Shown piece after piece: positions 30,201 through 37,497 of a stretch of 41,327 bases of DNA (position 1 is its first letter; each line of letters starts with the position of its first letter). The DNA lies in assembly GCA_016218805.1 (NCBI GenBank), contig JACRCW010000132.1, positions 1 through 41,327 of the forward strand. The letters run 5' to 3'. The position numbers and the translations under genes were made by a program. Under the pieces are notes generated by a model that worked only from the letters and a program-made list of their open reading frames with translations, was not told the origin of the DNA and made no database searches. This DNA comes from Deltaproteobacteria bacterium. Its GTDB lineage: Bacteria; Myxococcota; JACRCW01.

Positions 30201-32358
30201 CGGAGAAGCCAACCTGGACGGGAGCAACTTCACGCCGTGCACCGCGTGCGCGCAAGGCGAGTACTGCGCCGGCGCCAACGCGCCGCCCGTGCCGTGCGTG
30301 GCAGGCGAGGTGGACGACGACAATTCCCCCACGACGCCGTGCCTGGCCTGCGAGGCGGGCCAGTACTGTCCGGGCGGCGCCAACGACGCCTCCGCCTGCC
30401 CGCCGGGAACCTCAGACGCTGACCTGAGTTCCGCTACGCCCTGCGGCGCGTGTGCGGCCGGCCAGTTCTGCGCCGGCGGCGCCGCACCGGCCGCGGACTG
30501 CGCGCCCGGCCAGGCGGATGACGACCGCGATCCCGCCACGCCCTGTCGCCCCTGTGTGGCGGGCGAGTTCTGCGGCGGTGGGGCGCAGGCGCCGGTGACG
30601 TGCGCCGCGGGCACGGCGGATGCGGACGGGGACCCGTCCACCGCGTGCGTGGCGTGCAGCGCGGGCACCTACTGCGCGGGCGGTCCCGCCGCGGTGGTGA
30701 CCTGCGCGCCCGCGGGTGTTGACCATGACAGCGATCCCGCCACGCCGTGCGTGTTCAATGCCACGCACGTCATTGGCGGACGCGTGGTGGGTGACCCGCT
30801 GGCGACGCCGCTGGTGCTGCAGAACAACCTTACGGATGACACCCAGGTGGCGGCCGTGCCGGTGTTCACTTTTGCGCAGGCCTTGCCTGAGGGCGCTCCC
30901 TACTCCGTCACCGTGCTCCAACCGCCCCAGGGCATGGCCTGCGCGGTGTCCAACGGCACAGGCACCGTGGGAGCCACGGACGTCACGGACGTGGTGGTCC
31001 GCTGTTACCTGCGCGTCAGCCCGCCGGACTTTGCCTGGTTTGACGCCACGGACACCGCCACACTCACCAAGGACGCGTCCGGCAACGTCACCCAGTGGCG
31101 GGACAAGAGCGGGCAGGGGAGGCATGCGTCCGTTGCCGGCGCGGCGCCCGTGTGGCGGGCGGCGGTTTCCCCAGCGGGTGGCGCCGCCGTGGAATTCAAC
31201 GGTTCCACCGTGGCGCTCCAGACGGCCAGCGTGCCGACGAGCGCGCTGATGACGATCTTTGTCGTCTACCAGATGAATACGCCGCAGGCGTGGGGCGCCC
31301 TGCTCAACCAGGACCATGACACGTATTTCTCCATCCGGAAGGCGGAGGTGGGCATGGCCGCGGGTGGCCTGAACTTCCACATCCGCAACAACAACGACGA
31401 GCCGGCGCTCGCCATCCAAACGGGTGCGTGGCAGGTGCTGACGGTGGTGCAGGACCTGGATGTCACGTTCATGTCCCACGCCGGCGGCGAGGCAACGCTG
31501 GCCTTCCAGCTGCCCATTGACGCGGGCTCCGCGCCCATCACCCTCGGCAATTCGTTCATCTCCGGGCAGTCCATGGGCGGGCACATTGCCGAGATCCGCG
31601 CGTACAGCTGGCCGCTGTCACCCCCGGAGCGCACGGCGGTGGAAGCTGAGCTTGCCGCCAAGCACACGCTGCAGCCGCCCGTCGGGTTTGGGCTGCGCGC
31701 GGCGTACAACGCACGCGCCACGGCGACGCTCACGCGCGACGGGGCGGACCGGGTCAGCGCCTGGGCCGACAGCGCCGGCATCTCCGCCGCGCTGGGGCCC
31801 TACGGCACGGCGCCTCGGTACGTCACCGGCCTGTTTGGGGACCGGCCCGGCGTGGACTTCACCGGCCGTGCGGGTCTGAGTGCGGCCAACATCCCATTGG
31901 GATTGGATGCGACCGTGTTTGCCGTCTTCCGGCAGGGCAATCCGGAACGGTGGGGCGCCATTGCCCACCACGGCAGCCGGGACATGGACTGGTCACTGGA
32001 ACAGTCCGGGTCCCAGGTTGCGGGCGCCATCCACTTCCAGTCCAACAATGACAACGCGGGCGCCGAACTGGTCTGCCGTGCCGGCCCCACCTACATCCTG
32101 GCCGGCCGCACCATGGGAGGGTTGCGCGAGTTGACCGCCACCTCCACCGACGAGGGGACGGTGTTTGCGGCGTCCCAGGGCGTGTCCATCACGCCGGGCA
32201 ACAAGACGCTGTACGTGGGCCGCAGCGACGCGGACGAGGCCTCCAACGCGTACCTGGGTGAGCTGCTGTACTTTGACCGGCCGCTGGAGGACCCGGAGCG
32301 GGACGCCGTCATCACCTACCTGCAGCACGCGTGGCGGGTGGGACCCGGGTCGCTGTAG
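24262..32358 (+). CDS. giant lipid-anchored adhesin (vWA-like, IPT/TIG, TSP3, ~22 ExDVDCGG Cys repeats, two fibrinogen-like domains, GCC2/GCC3-like repeats, Ig-like, two LamG-like)
   Basis: GTGA overlap and LLLAC lipobox. VSPAVAAPGQSVTVTG, DTDGDTLADGDE, VQCDMTTERGGWTLV and VYCDMDTDQGGWTLV, WFDATD..VTQWRDKSG. Confidence 0.85.
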   Translation: MSAARIHLAALACGTLLLACPRPAPTVTADDPAPRLEGLGDGALLSQGAHDVMLVVHHALDYDATEVERQVQLGLALVDAAKAQHEAGRATVKLGVVAVGRQAQVVLPLTDDVAQWRGALVNGASFEIEGAAAVAAGVEAALSELVGARSRGAALPVIFHAATRGEAVTPMLAEQLAAAGVVLVGVGAEASGVQPEEGAHVASLVVPADGDAVARLGGLLAWGGAPLRLGGRVGSGWGVRLAVLDAAGEVVLRGASEGTEVNADLDWRPADQGRRFNIRITATHPDRPDRERIYAVRALPQDRQPVVLDVSPAVAAPGQSVTVTGRFFDVSTGGAVLDVGTETTPTAVTKVSLQFVVPVGAVDGALVVRSGGVASVPALFRVDTDGDTLADGDELARGTDPARRDTDGDGLDDGADDCPAEASGVRHVDARGCTLCTDGQMNGPETDVDCGGPCAPCAGGGACAVAADCAGGACLGGRCLPDHCQSGTEDGDEVATDCGGSCGPCADGVRCVLGLDCDSHTCLAHVCRAASCANGVKDGTESATDCGGACTPCAEAAACVVASDCASARCVDGLCAPSLCDDAVLNGSESDVDCGGLCTGCETALHCHAHADCASGVCTEGACAASTCNDSVRNGDETGRDCGGGRCLACGQGDFCAAATDCVTGVCEAGVCAPPRCGDGVRNAEETDVDCGGGCDRCALGRACLADTDCASAACQDATLCVLPSCVNAALDGEETDVDCGGGCIPCHAGRACLLAGDCASQRCGPDSVCLPPACDDQLRNGTETDVDCGSTCPERCAQDRRCTLDNDCVTGVCVAGSCAAPSCTDGVQNGLERGVDCAGGTCGRCTEGSSCLEDVDCASDHCISGRCLSPTCADGQLNGSETSLDCGGACPGCLEGERCNVDADCAERVCVDAADAGSAAGRACAAPTCLDGVRNGGEGDVDCGGECDPCAVGRTCNTGAQCASQVCTPDGSGTHCAEPSCTDGQMNGAEVGQDCGGGCPGCADGEACAVDGDCTSGVCSAEGGAPRCAAATCADQVRNGSEGDVDCGAACPERCATGLTCNDATDCNDGRCDNGVCPPAACDDGVHNGAETGVDCGGGCPGCADGTACAAATDCASKVCSGATSTCAVPSCDDGQLNGTETALDCGGGCTGCPLWSPCKVTSDCGPDLACQMAGDDANTMALACVDARSCFDGVKNLDEADVDCGPFAPCPLCGVGSTCRSVHDCSTSLCVEGRCRADSAFDKTMNGGETDVDCGGDALPCQVGQHCAVSTDCRSGWCHAAVCDYAPSCATLLRSNAAAPSGSYLLLPPGERTAVPVQCDMTTERGGWTLVGHATGVPIKDVGSEYYADLGRTQPTAPAQGVWRGLRGLSVDNVDMRFACSPTAGAPLAVDLSFFSVDWYAHLTAGTDADSCFGVPGSISLAPARRNNLDGTALGAGTPWERGALVGESFCGDADDFTVDFSESGLDGNELDGTDWGEDDGQPKCGSGYAPAGAWELWVREAVDACANNVRDDGEDGVDCGGSCGACPAPCTTNAECPSNICLHGGCEPARCVDRLRNGDESDVDCGGSCAPCEPRKACRSAADCAEGQCAEGVCRPAACYDGQISTYRFVYDCIGDILCRLDEFTEPEIDCGGPCSPCQRGHACYRPEDCTTGYCPTNPAVQDDGGVLYVGVCTDDPCHDGALTVTQLETDVDCGGPACGKCAGGKSCMQGSDCFSGDCVNGTCRGLASCLDVQGLPGTHPSGLYDLTTPDGTHAVYCDMDTDQGGWTLVGASAGTPPSDEAGAFHADLQTLVPAAAHPGIWNGPRTQMGARQDVRFACGRLGSTTGMVVDLTFYGVDWYTVMTTGTEAESCLNQGDGAGFSRPEPARRNNVTGVDVAAGTAWAAGFLETEDSCASPDDFTVDLADRGLDSNEADGTDWGLDDGLAKCGSQVGDGWAWFVFVREGSACRDGVRGPGEDWIDCGGPCRACPVVPACVPGEANLDGSNFTPCTACAQGEYCAGANAPPVPCVAGEVDDDNSPTTPCLACEAGQYCPGGANDASACPPGTSDADLSSATPCGACAAGQFCAGGAAPAADCAPGQADDDRDPATPCRPCVAGEFCGGGAQAPVTCAAGTADADGDPSTACVACSAGTYCAGGPAAVVTCAPAGVDHDSDPATPCVFNATHVIGGRVVGDPLATPLVLQNNLTDDTQVAAVPVFTFAQALPEGAPYSVTVLQPPQGMACAVSNGTGTVGATDVTDVVVRCYLRVSPPDFAWFDATDTATLTKDASGNVTQWRDKSGQGRHASVAGAAPVWRAAVSPAGGAAVEFNGSTVALQTASVPTSALMTIFVVYQMNTPQAWGALLNQDHDTYFSIRKAEVGMAAGGLNFHIRNNNDEPALAIQTGAWQVLTVVQDLDVTFMSHAGGEATLAFQLPIDAGSAPITLGNSFISGQSMGGHIAEIRAYSWPLSPPERTAVEAELAAKHTLQPPVGFGLRAAYNARATATLTRDGADRVSAWADSAGISAALGPYGTAPRYVTGLFGDRPGVDFTGRAGLSAANIPLGLDATVFAVFRQGNPERWGAIAHHGSRDMDWSLEQSGSQVAGAIHFQSNNDNAGAELVCRAGPTYILAGRTMGGLRELTATSTDEGTVFAASQGVSITPGNKTLYVGRSDADEASNAYLGELLYFDRPLEDPERDAVITYLQHAWRVGPGSL
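25560..28120 (+). repeat. coding tandem array of 17 ~45-55-aa Cys-rich repeats (CxDGxxNGxETDVDCGG...)
   Basis: 17 DCG(G)-centred units counted before the first fibrinogen-like domain; 5 more follow. DNA core gacgtggactgcggcgg recurs. Confidence 0.9.
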
Positions 32359-32371
32359 GCGGATGCCGCGC

Positions 32372-35300
32372 TCAGGCGCCGCGGAGCGTGTTCTCCTGGT
32401 CCAGCGCGTCCACCAGGTCGCGACCTGACAGCTTCTCAGCCTGGGCGCGCGCTTCCTCCATGAGGCGGCGCGCGTCATTGCTGCGGCCCAGCACGCCGGA
32501 TGCGCGCGCCAACTCCTGCAGCACCGCCACGCGCAGCCGGCCGGCGGCCGCGGGCGCCAGGGCGGTGGCCTGCTCCAGGTGTGACGCCGCCACGCGGGCG
32601 TCCGCCGGGGCGGCCAGCTGCGCGTGCAGCGCGGACAGCAGCGCCTGTTGCGCGCGCGGGAGCACGTGGGACAGCGGGACGCATTCGTCCAGCGTGGCAG
32701 CGGCGGAGTCCGCTGCCCCGGCCCGCATCCACGCGCGCACCAGCAGCAGCCGCCCGCGCAGGGCCCACGCGCGTTGGCCCAGCGCGTCCAGCATGTCCAC
32801 CGCGCCCAGCGTTGCGTGCGCGCTTGCGGCCGGTGACGTTGTCAGCAGGCACTCCCCCAGGCGAAGGCGCGCCAGGGCACCGCACGGGTGCAGCGGCGTG
32901 AGCCGGGAGCGGGTGACCAGCGTCTCCAGCGCGCGCACCGCGTCCGCCGTGTGGCCCATGCCGGCCAGCGCCCCGGCGCGGGCCACGCCCAGGTCCACCA
33001 GCGCGGCGTGCAGCGTGGCATCCGCCGGCGCGGTGTCTGACGGTGCGTGCGGCAGCCCCTGGTCCCGCAGGCCGCCGTCCACCTGTTCAGCAAACACCAG
33101 CGCTTTGTCCGGTTGTCCGTCCTGCCACAGCGCTTCCACGTGCGCGGCCGCCAGGCGCGTGCGCAGGGCCGCGTGCCCCGTCTTGGGCAGCACCTTGCGC
33201 CCGGCCCGCGCGGCCAGCGCGGCCGCGGGGTGGTCATCCGCCATGAGGTTGGCCAGCGCGCGCACCAGCCACGCTTCCCCGCGCAGTTCCGGCGGCGCGG
33301 TCAGGTCATCCGTCAGCGCGGTGCACGCGCGGTCCGCCTCCAGCGGCTGCGCCCGCGCCAGGTGCGCCTGCGCCAATGACAGGGTGGCCACGTGCGCGTG
33401 GGCTCCCAGCTCGGCCGCCTGCTCGTAGAGCCCCGCGGCCTCGTCTACGTGGAGCAGCGCCTGCATGGTCTGCGCGGCCTGCAGCAGCAGCGGGACGGCA
33501 CGCGCCGGGTCAGGGCCGCGGCGCAGGTGGTAGGCCGCGCGGCCGGGGCCGCCGGTGAGTTCCGTCCACGGGATGGCGCGCAGCGCCTCCGCCGCAGCGG
33601 CGTGCCAGCGGGTGCGGGCGGCGGGCGGGAGGCTGTCATAGGCCACCTCGTGCAGGCGCGTGGAGGTGAAGCGGTATCCCACCACGCCACCCACCACCGT
33701 GGAGGCCAGCAGGCGCTCGTGCACCAGTTGGCCCAGCCGCCCCATCACGTCGGACAGGCCCGCGCCGCCGCGCTCGCGCTGCAGGGTGCGCCAGAGCAGC
33801 ACCCCCTCAAACTCCATCCCCAGCACCGCGCCCACGCGCACCAGGTCCCGCACGTCGTCGGGCAGCGCGTCCAGCCGCAGCTGCCAGGCCTCGCGCGGGT
33901 CCGTGGAGCCCCGCGTCTCCGCCCACGCCTCGCCAAACGCGCGCCCCTGCGCCATGCGCGTGCGGCAGGAGGCCGCCATTTCGCGCACGCGCCGGGGCCA
34001 GGGCGGGGGGTCAGTGAGGCCGGCCAGCAGTGCGTCACGGTCCACGCCCAGCCAGTCGGGGTCCGGCACGCCCATCTCGTGGACAAACATCTCCACCGCG
34101 CGCGCGGGCACCAGCGGCGGGAGCTGGTAGAGCCGCGCGCCGGAGTGCTGCAGCGCGCGGGCAACGTGCGGCGGCAGCGCGGCAGACGCGTCCGGGTCAT
34201 GCGTGGCGGTGGCCACCATCACCACCGGGCCGCGGACCGCCCGCCGCACCAGCACCGTCCACGCCGCCAGCGTGACCAGGTCCGCGCGGTGCACGTCCTC
34301 CAGCACCACCAGCAGCGGCGCATCGGCCGCGCGCGCGCGCAGCAGGTCCGCCAGCAGCTCCAGCGCCGGGGGCGGCGGGTGGGCGGGGTCCGGCGGTGCG
34401 CTCTCCGGCAGCTGCGTGCGGCCCAGCAGCTTCCACGCGGCGCGCGGCACGGGACGGCCGTCGCCCAGCAGCGGGGTCAGCGCGGCCTCCACAGCGGCAT
34501 TCCACGCCGCCGACCCCGTCCCCGGCGGGAGGCGCAGCACGTCGCGGAACAGCCGGGCGATGGGGGAGGGCGGCCACTGCGCGGGGTCCTCGGCGCAGTG
34601 CACCACGCACCCGCGCAGGCCCTGCTGCGCCGCCTCCTCCGCCATGGCCATGGCGGCCTCCGTCTTCCCCGCGCCGTGCGGACCCACCAGGACCGCCGCG
34701 CTGCCCTGTCCCAGCCCAAGCGCGTGGTGCAGCATACGCGTCAGCCGCCGTTTGAGACGGTCGCGCGGGTCTTCGCTGCTGGCTTCGTCAACGCTGACGT
34801 CACGCGCGGGCGCGGGTGGACCCGGCGGCCCGGCCGGCAGCAGCGTGGACAGCTCAAACACGCCCCAGCCGCGCGGCGGCCGGCCCACCGCCACCTGCCC
34901 AATGCCGTGCCCGTGTGCCGACCCGGCGAGCAGCCGCCACGCCGTTTCACCACACAGCACCTGTCCGCGCGCGGCGTGCCCGGCCAGGTCCAGGGCCACC
35001 ACGGCCGGGCCGCCCACCACCGCCAGCTCGCGCTTCAGCGGGCTGCCCACGTCCCCCACGTACGCGCGCCCGGTCTCCAGGCCCGCGCGGATGGACCAGC
35101 GCGTGCGCTCGTCCTGGAGGCGCGCGGACAGCGCCAGCGCGCAGGCGGCGGCCTGCCGCGAGGCCGCCCGCGGCGTGTCCCGCAGGCCAAAGGCCACCAC
35201 CGCGGTGCTGCCCCCCGCCACCAGGTCCAGGTGCAGGGCGGTGCCGCCGTGTTCGTTGACCGCGTCGTGGAATGCGCGCACGCCGGCGGACAGGTCCAGC

Positions 35301-36205
35301 AGCACGTCGTGGTCCTCGGCGTCGTCCGGGTAGTCCACCTCCAGCGGGAAGGCGGCCACCGTCACCGGCCGCACTTCGCCGGTGACGCGCACGGCGTGGT
35401 CCGGGCTCTCCACGCGCGGCTGCACCGCCGGCGGCATCAGCGGCGCCAGCAGCCGGTAGTAGGAACCCGGATTGCGTGCGAACAGCGGCCCCAGGTCCGC
35501 CACCCGCGCGGGCAGGCCCGCCACGTCCGGCGGCACGTTCATGAGCCGCCGCCCCGCGCCGCGCTGCGGCCCAATGTGCGCCTGCCACCCGGTGAGCGCC
35601 GCCACCAGGGACGGGCCGACCACCAGGTCACCGGGAGCGGCGGCATCCCGCAGCTGCGCCACGGTGGCGCACAGCTTCCCCAGCACCAGCTGCTGCAGGC
35701 GGTTGCCCGGCGTCTCCACCAGCGCCAGGCGGAACCGCCCCAGCTCCGCGCCGGCGCGCATGGTGAAGCGGTTGGGGAAGGCCTCGCGCAGCACCTGCAG
35801 CATTTCCACGCCGCAGCGCGCGGCGCGGTGCGCGGGGGCGGCGCCCGCATCAGAGTGGGACCACGGCGCCGGACCCATCCCTGGTACGCGGTGGGTGAAC
35901 ATGCACAGGATGCCCGTGGGTGAGAACGTCAGCAGGTACCCGCCGCGTGGGAACAGCGCCTCCTCCAGGATGCGGCGCAGCGCCACGGACAGCTCGCCGG
36001 CCAGCCGGGCCGCCTCGTCGTCCGCGCCGCCCTGGCCGCGGCGCTCGTAGCGCGGGGGGACCACCGCCAGGTCCACGGACAGCAGGCAGCCATCCACCCA
36101 GCGCACGGACGGGCGCGGGCGGACGCCGTCCACCACCGCCTCCTCCACCAGGTTGTACGGGAGGAAGGTGATGAGGCGCTGCAGGCGGGCAAGGTCTGCG
36201 TCCAC
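32372..36205 (-). CDS. class III cyclase-like (degenerate) + AAA/STAND NTPase + TPR-like protein
   Basis: Two cyclase-homology regions (GEVRPVTV, IRAGLETGRAYVGDVGSPLKRELAVVG), Walker A GPHGAGKT, Walker B LLVVLEDVHRAD, GAVLGMEF and YRFTSTRLHEVAY motifs, helical C-terminus. Confidence 0.85.
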   Translation of the reverse strand: MDADLARLQRLITFLPYNLVEEAVVDGVRPRPSVRWVDGCLLSVDLAVVPPRYERRGQGGADDEAARLAGELSVALRRILEEALFPRGGYLLTFSPTGILCMFTHRVPGMGPAPWSHSDAGAAPAHRAARCGVEMLQVLREAFPNRFTMRAGAELGRFRLALVETPGNRLQQLVLGKLCATVAQLRDAAAPGDLVVGPSLVAALTGWQAHIGPQRGAGRRLMNVPPDVAGLPARVADLGPLFARNPGSYYRLLAPLMPPAVQPRVESPDHAVRVTGEVRPVTVAAFPLEVDYPDDAEDHDVLLDLSAGVRAFHDAVNEHGGTALHLDLVAGGSTAVVAFGLRDTPRAASRQAAACALALSARLQDERTRWSIRAGLETGRAYVGDVGSPLKRELAVVGGPAVVALDLAGHAARGQVLCGETAWRLLAGSAHGHGIGQVAVGRPPRGWGVFELSTLLPAGPPGPPAPARDVSVDEASSEDPRDRLKRRLTRMLHHALGLGQGSAAVLVGPHGAGKTEAAMAMAEEAAQQGLRGCVVHCAEDPAQWPPSPIARLFRDVLRLPPGTGSAAWNAAVEAALTPLLGDGRPVPRAAWKLLGRTQLPESAPPDPAHPPPPALELLADLLRARAADAPLLVVLEDVHRADLVTLAAWTVLVRRAVRGPVVMVATATHDPDASAALPPHVARALQHSGARLYQLPPLVPARAVEMFVHEMGVPDPDWLGVDRDALLAGLTDPPPWPRRVREMAASCRTRMAQGRAFGEAWAETRGSTDPREAWQLRLDALPDDVRDLVRVGAVLGMEFEGVLLWRTLQRERGGAGLSDVMGRLGQLVHERLLASTVVGGVVGYRFTSTRLHEVAYDSLPPAARTRWHAAAAEALRAIPWTELTGGPGRAAYHLRRGPDPARAVPLLLQAAQTMQALLHVDEAAGLYEQAAELGAHAHVATLSLAQAHLARAQPLEADRACTALTDDLTAPPELRGEAWLVRALANLMADDHPAAALAARAGRKVLPKTGHAALRTRLAAAHVEALWQDGQPDKALVFAEQVDGGLRDQGLPHAPSDTAPADATLHAALVDLGVARAGALAGMGHTADAVRALETLVTRSRLTPLHPCGALARLRLGECLLTTSPAASAHATLGAVDMLDALGQRAWALRGRLLLVRAWMRAGAADSAAATLDECVPLSHVLPRAQQALLSALHAQLAAPADARVAASHLEQATALAPAAAGRLRVAVLQELARASGVLGRSNDARRLMEEARAQAEKLSGRDLVDALDQENTLRGA

Positions 36206-36252
36206 GCGCGGACCTTCACACGGCGGGCGCGCACGTCACAACGGCCGGAACG

Positions 36253-37332
36253 TCACCGCACGCAGTAGCGCTTGGGACTGCCGGTTCCCCCGCACGTGTA
36301 CAGGCGCCCACCGGCGGAATCCAACACCGGGTCGCACGCCGCGTCGGATGATTCGCACGAGCAGAAGTTGGCGCCGGAACAGGTCTGGCCCCAGTCGCAA
36401 TCGCCGCTGTCGCCGCATTCGCAGCGCCCCAGGAATGAGCCCGCCCCGTCTGAACAGGTCTGCCCACCCGCGCACGTGGTGGCGCAGGACCCGCAGTGCT
36501 GCGCGTCGGTGTGGATGTTCACTTCGCAGGCGTTGTCATCATTGCCGTCGCAGTTGGCGGTGGCGTTGGAGCAGGTGGAGATGCTGCACGCCGTGGCCAG
36601 CGCCCCGGAGTTCCCCGCGCACGTGTAGTGGTCCGCTTCATCCAGCGTCAGCGCCAGGCTCCGGCAACTCCCGCAGGCGGTGCCACAGTGGGAGGGCGTG
36701 TCACACGCCGTGCAGGTGTTGCCGGGTCCGCACCAGAACCCGGACTGGCACGCCGGGCTGCAGCCGCCGCCGCCGGAGGACAAGGGCGCCGCCGAAGAGG
36801 AGGGGGCCGCCGCGCTGCTGGACGCTGCCGCGGCGGAGGAGGACGGCGCTGCGGCCGACGACGAGGAGGCGCGGGCGGAGGAAGAGGGCGCTGCGGTTGA
36901 GGACGACCGCGGGCCGGAGCTGGGCGCCGAGGACGGGAGCGCGGCGGAGGAGGCCGGGGCGGAAGCGCCCGACGCCGCCGAGGACCCGCCCGCGCGGGAG
37001 GTGAGGCCGCCGGAGGTCCCCGACGACGCTGGGTGGGAGGAACTGTCTGCGGCGGCCCGGCTGGAACTGGTCAGCGCCCCCGACGAGGTGCTGCCGGCGG
37101 TACCGGATGAACTGGAGCTGGTCTGCCCGGTGCCGGGGGTGCCGCATTCGGCGCCTCCGCAGCGGCCGCCTGCGCAGTCAAACCCGGAACCGCAGTCATC
37201 CGCGACATCACAGGCCTTCCCGCAGACGTCCACCGGCGCCACCACGTCACACGCACCGGCCCAGGCAAGCAAGCTGGCGGACACCGCGGCGGCGGCGCGG
37301 GGACCGAACGGACGGCGACGGTCAGACATCAT
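36253..37332 (-). CDS. Cys-rich putative lipoprotein with long Ser/Ala linker
   Basis: GGAGG upstream of tandem ATGs (37332/37329). WAGAC lipobox-like, SSSAAAP repeats, myxobacterial-type CEVNIHTDAQHCGSCATTC module. Confidence 0.75.
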   Translation of the reverse strand: MMSDRRRPFGPRAAAAVSASLLAWAGACDVVAPVDVCGKACDVADDCGSGFDCAGGRCGGAECGTPGTGQTSSSSSGTAGSTSSGALTSSSRAAADSSSHPASSGTSGGLTSRAGGSSAASGASAPASSAALPSSAPSSGPRSSSTAAPSSSARASSSSAAAPSSSAAAASSSAAAPSSSAAPLSSGGGGCSPACQSGFWCGPGNTCTACDTPSHCGTACGSCRSLALTLDEADHYTCAGNSGALATACSISTCSNATANCDGNDDNACEVNIHTDAQHCGSCATTCAGGQTCSDGAGSFLGRCECGDSGDCDWGQTCSGANFCSCESSDAACDPVLDSAGGRLYTCGGTGSPKRYCVR

Positions 37333-37359
37333 CCCTCCGTGTGACGGCGCGCGGTGGGT

Positions 37360-37412
37360 CCGGGCCGGTGAGCACGACAACCGTACGCCCGCCCGCACTC
37401 GGGGACCAGAAT
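37360..37412. repeat. 53-bp dispersed direct repeat, copy 1
   Basis: ccgggccggtgagcacgacaaccgtacgcccgcccgcactcggggaccagaat; one mismatch versus 40778-40830. Confidence 0.95.
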
Positions 37413-37497
37413 GCGTCTGGAGGAACCGCGTTGGCGGGCTGGCCGCGGCAATCAGACCCGTTGTTCACAGAACCGCGCGCCTTGGACGGCCACGCCT

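Noticed and set aside
8693..32358. Long antisense and alternate-frame ORFs (e.g. 11585-13468, 13592-15745, 21809-23206)
   Set aside because: Shadow ORFs of high-GC coding DNA: Arg/Ala/Pro-rich, no motifs, fully overlapping well-supported genes.
7876..32358. Cellulosome, eCIS/T6SS or prophage tail locus
   Set aside because: No glycoside hydrolase, sheath, tube, baseplate, VgrG/PAAR or capsid genes recognisable; all products carry export signals.
33392..35923. 843-aa + strand ORF
   Set aside because: Antisense shadow of the STAND NTPase gene; no recognisable domain.
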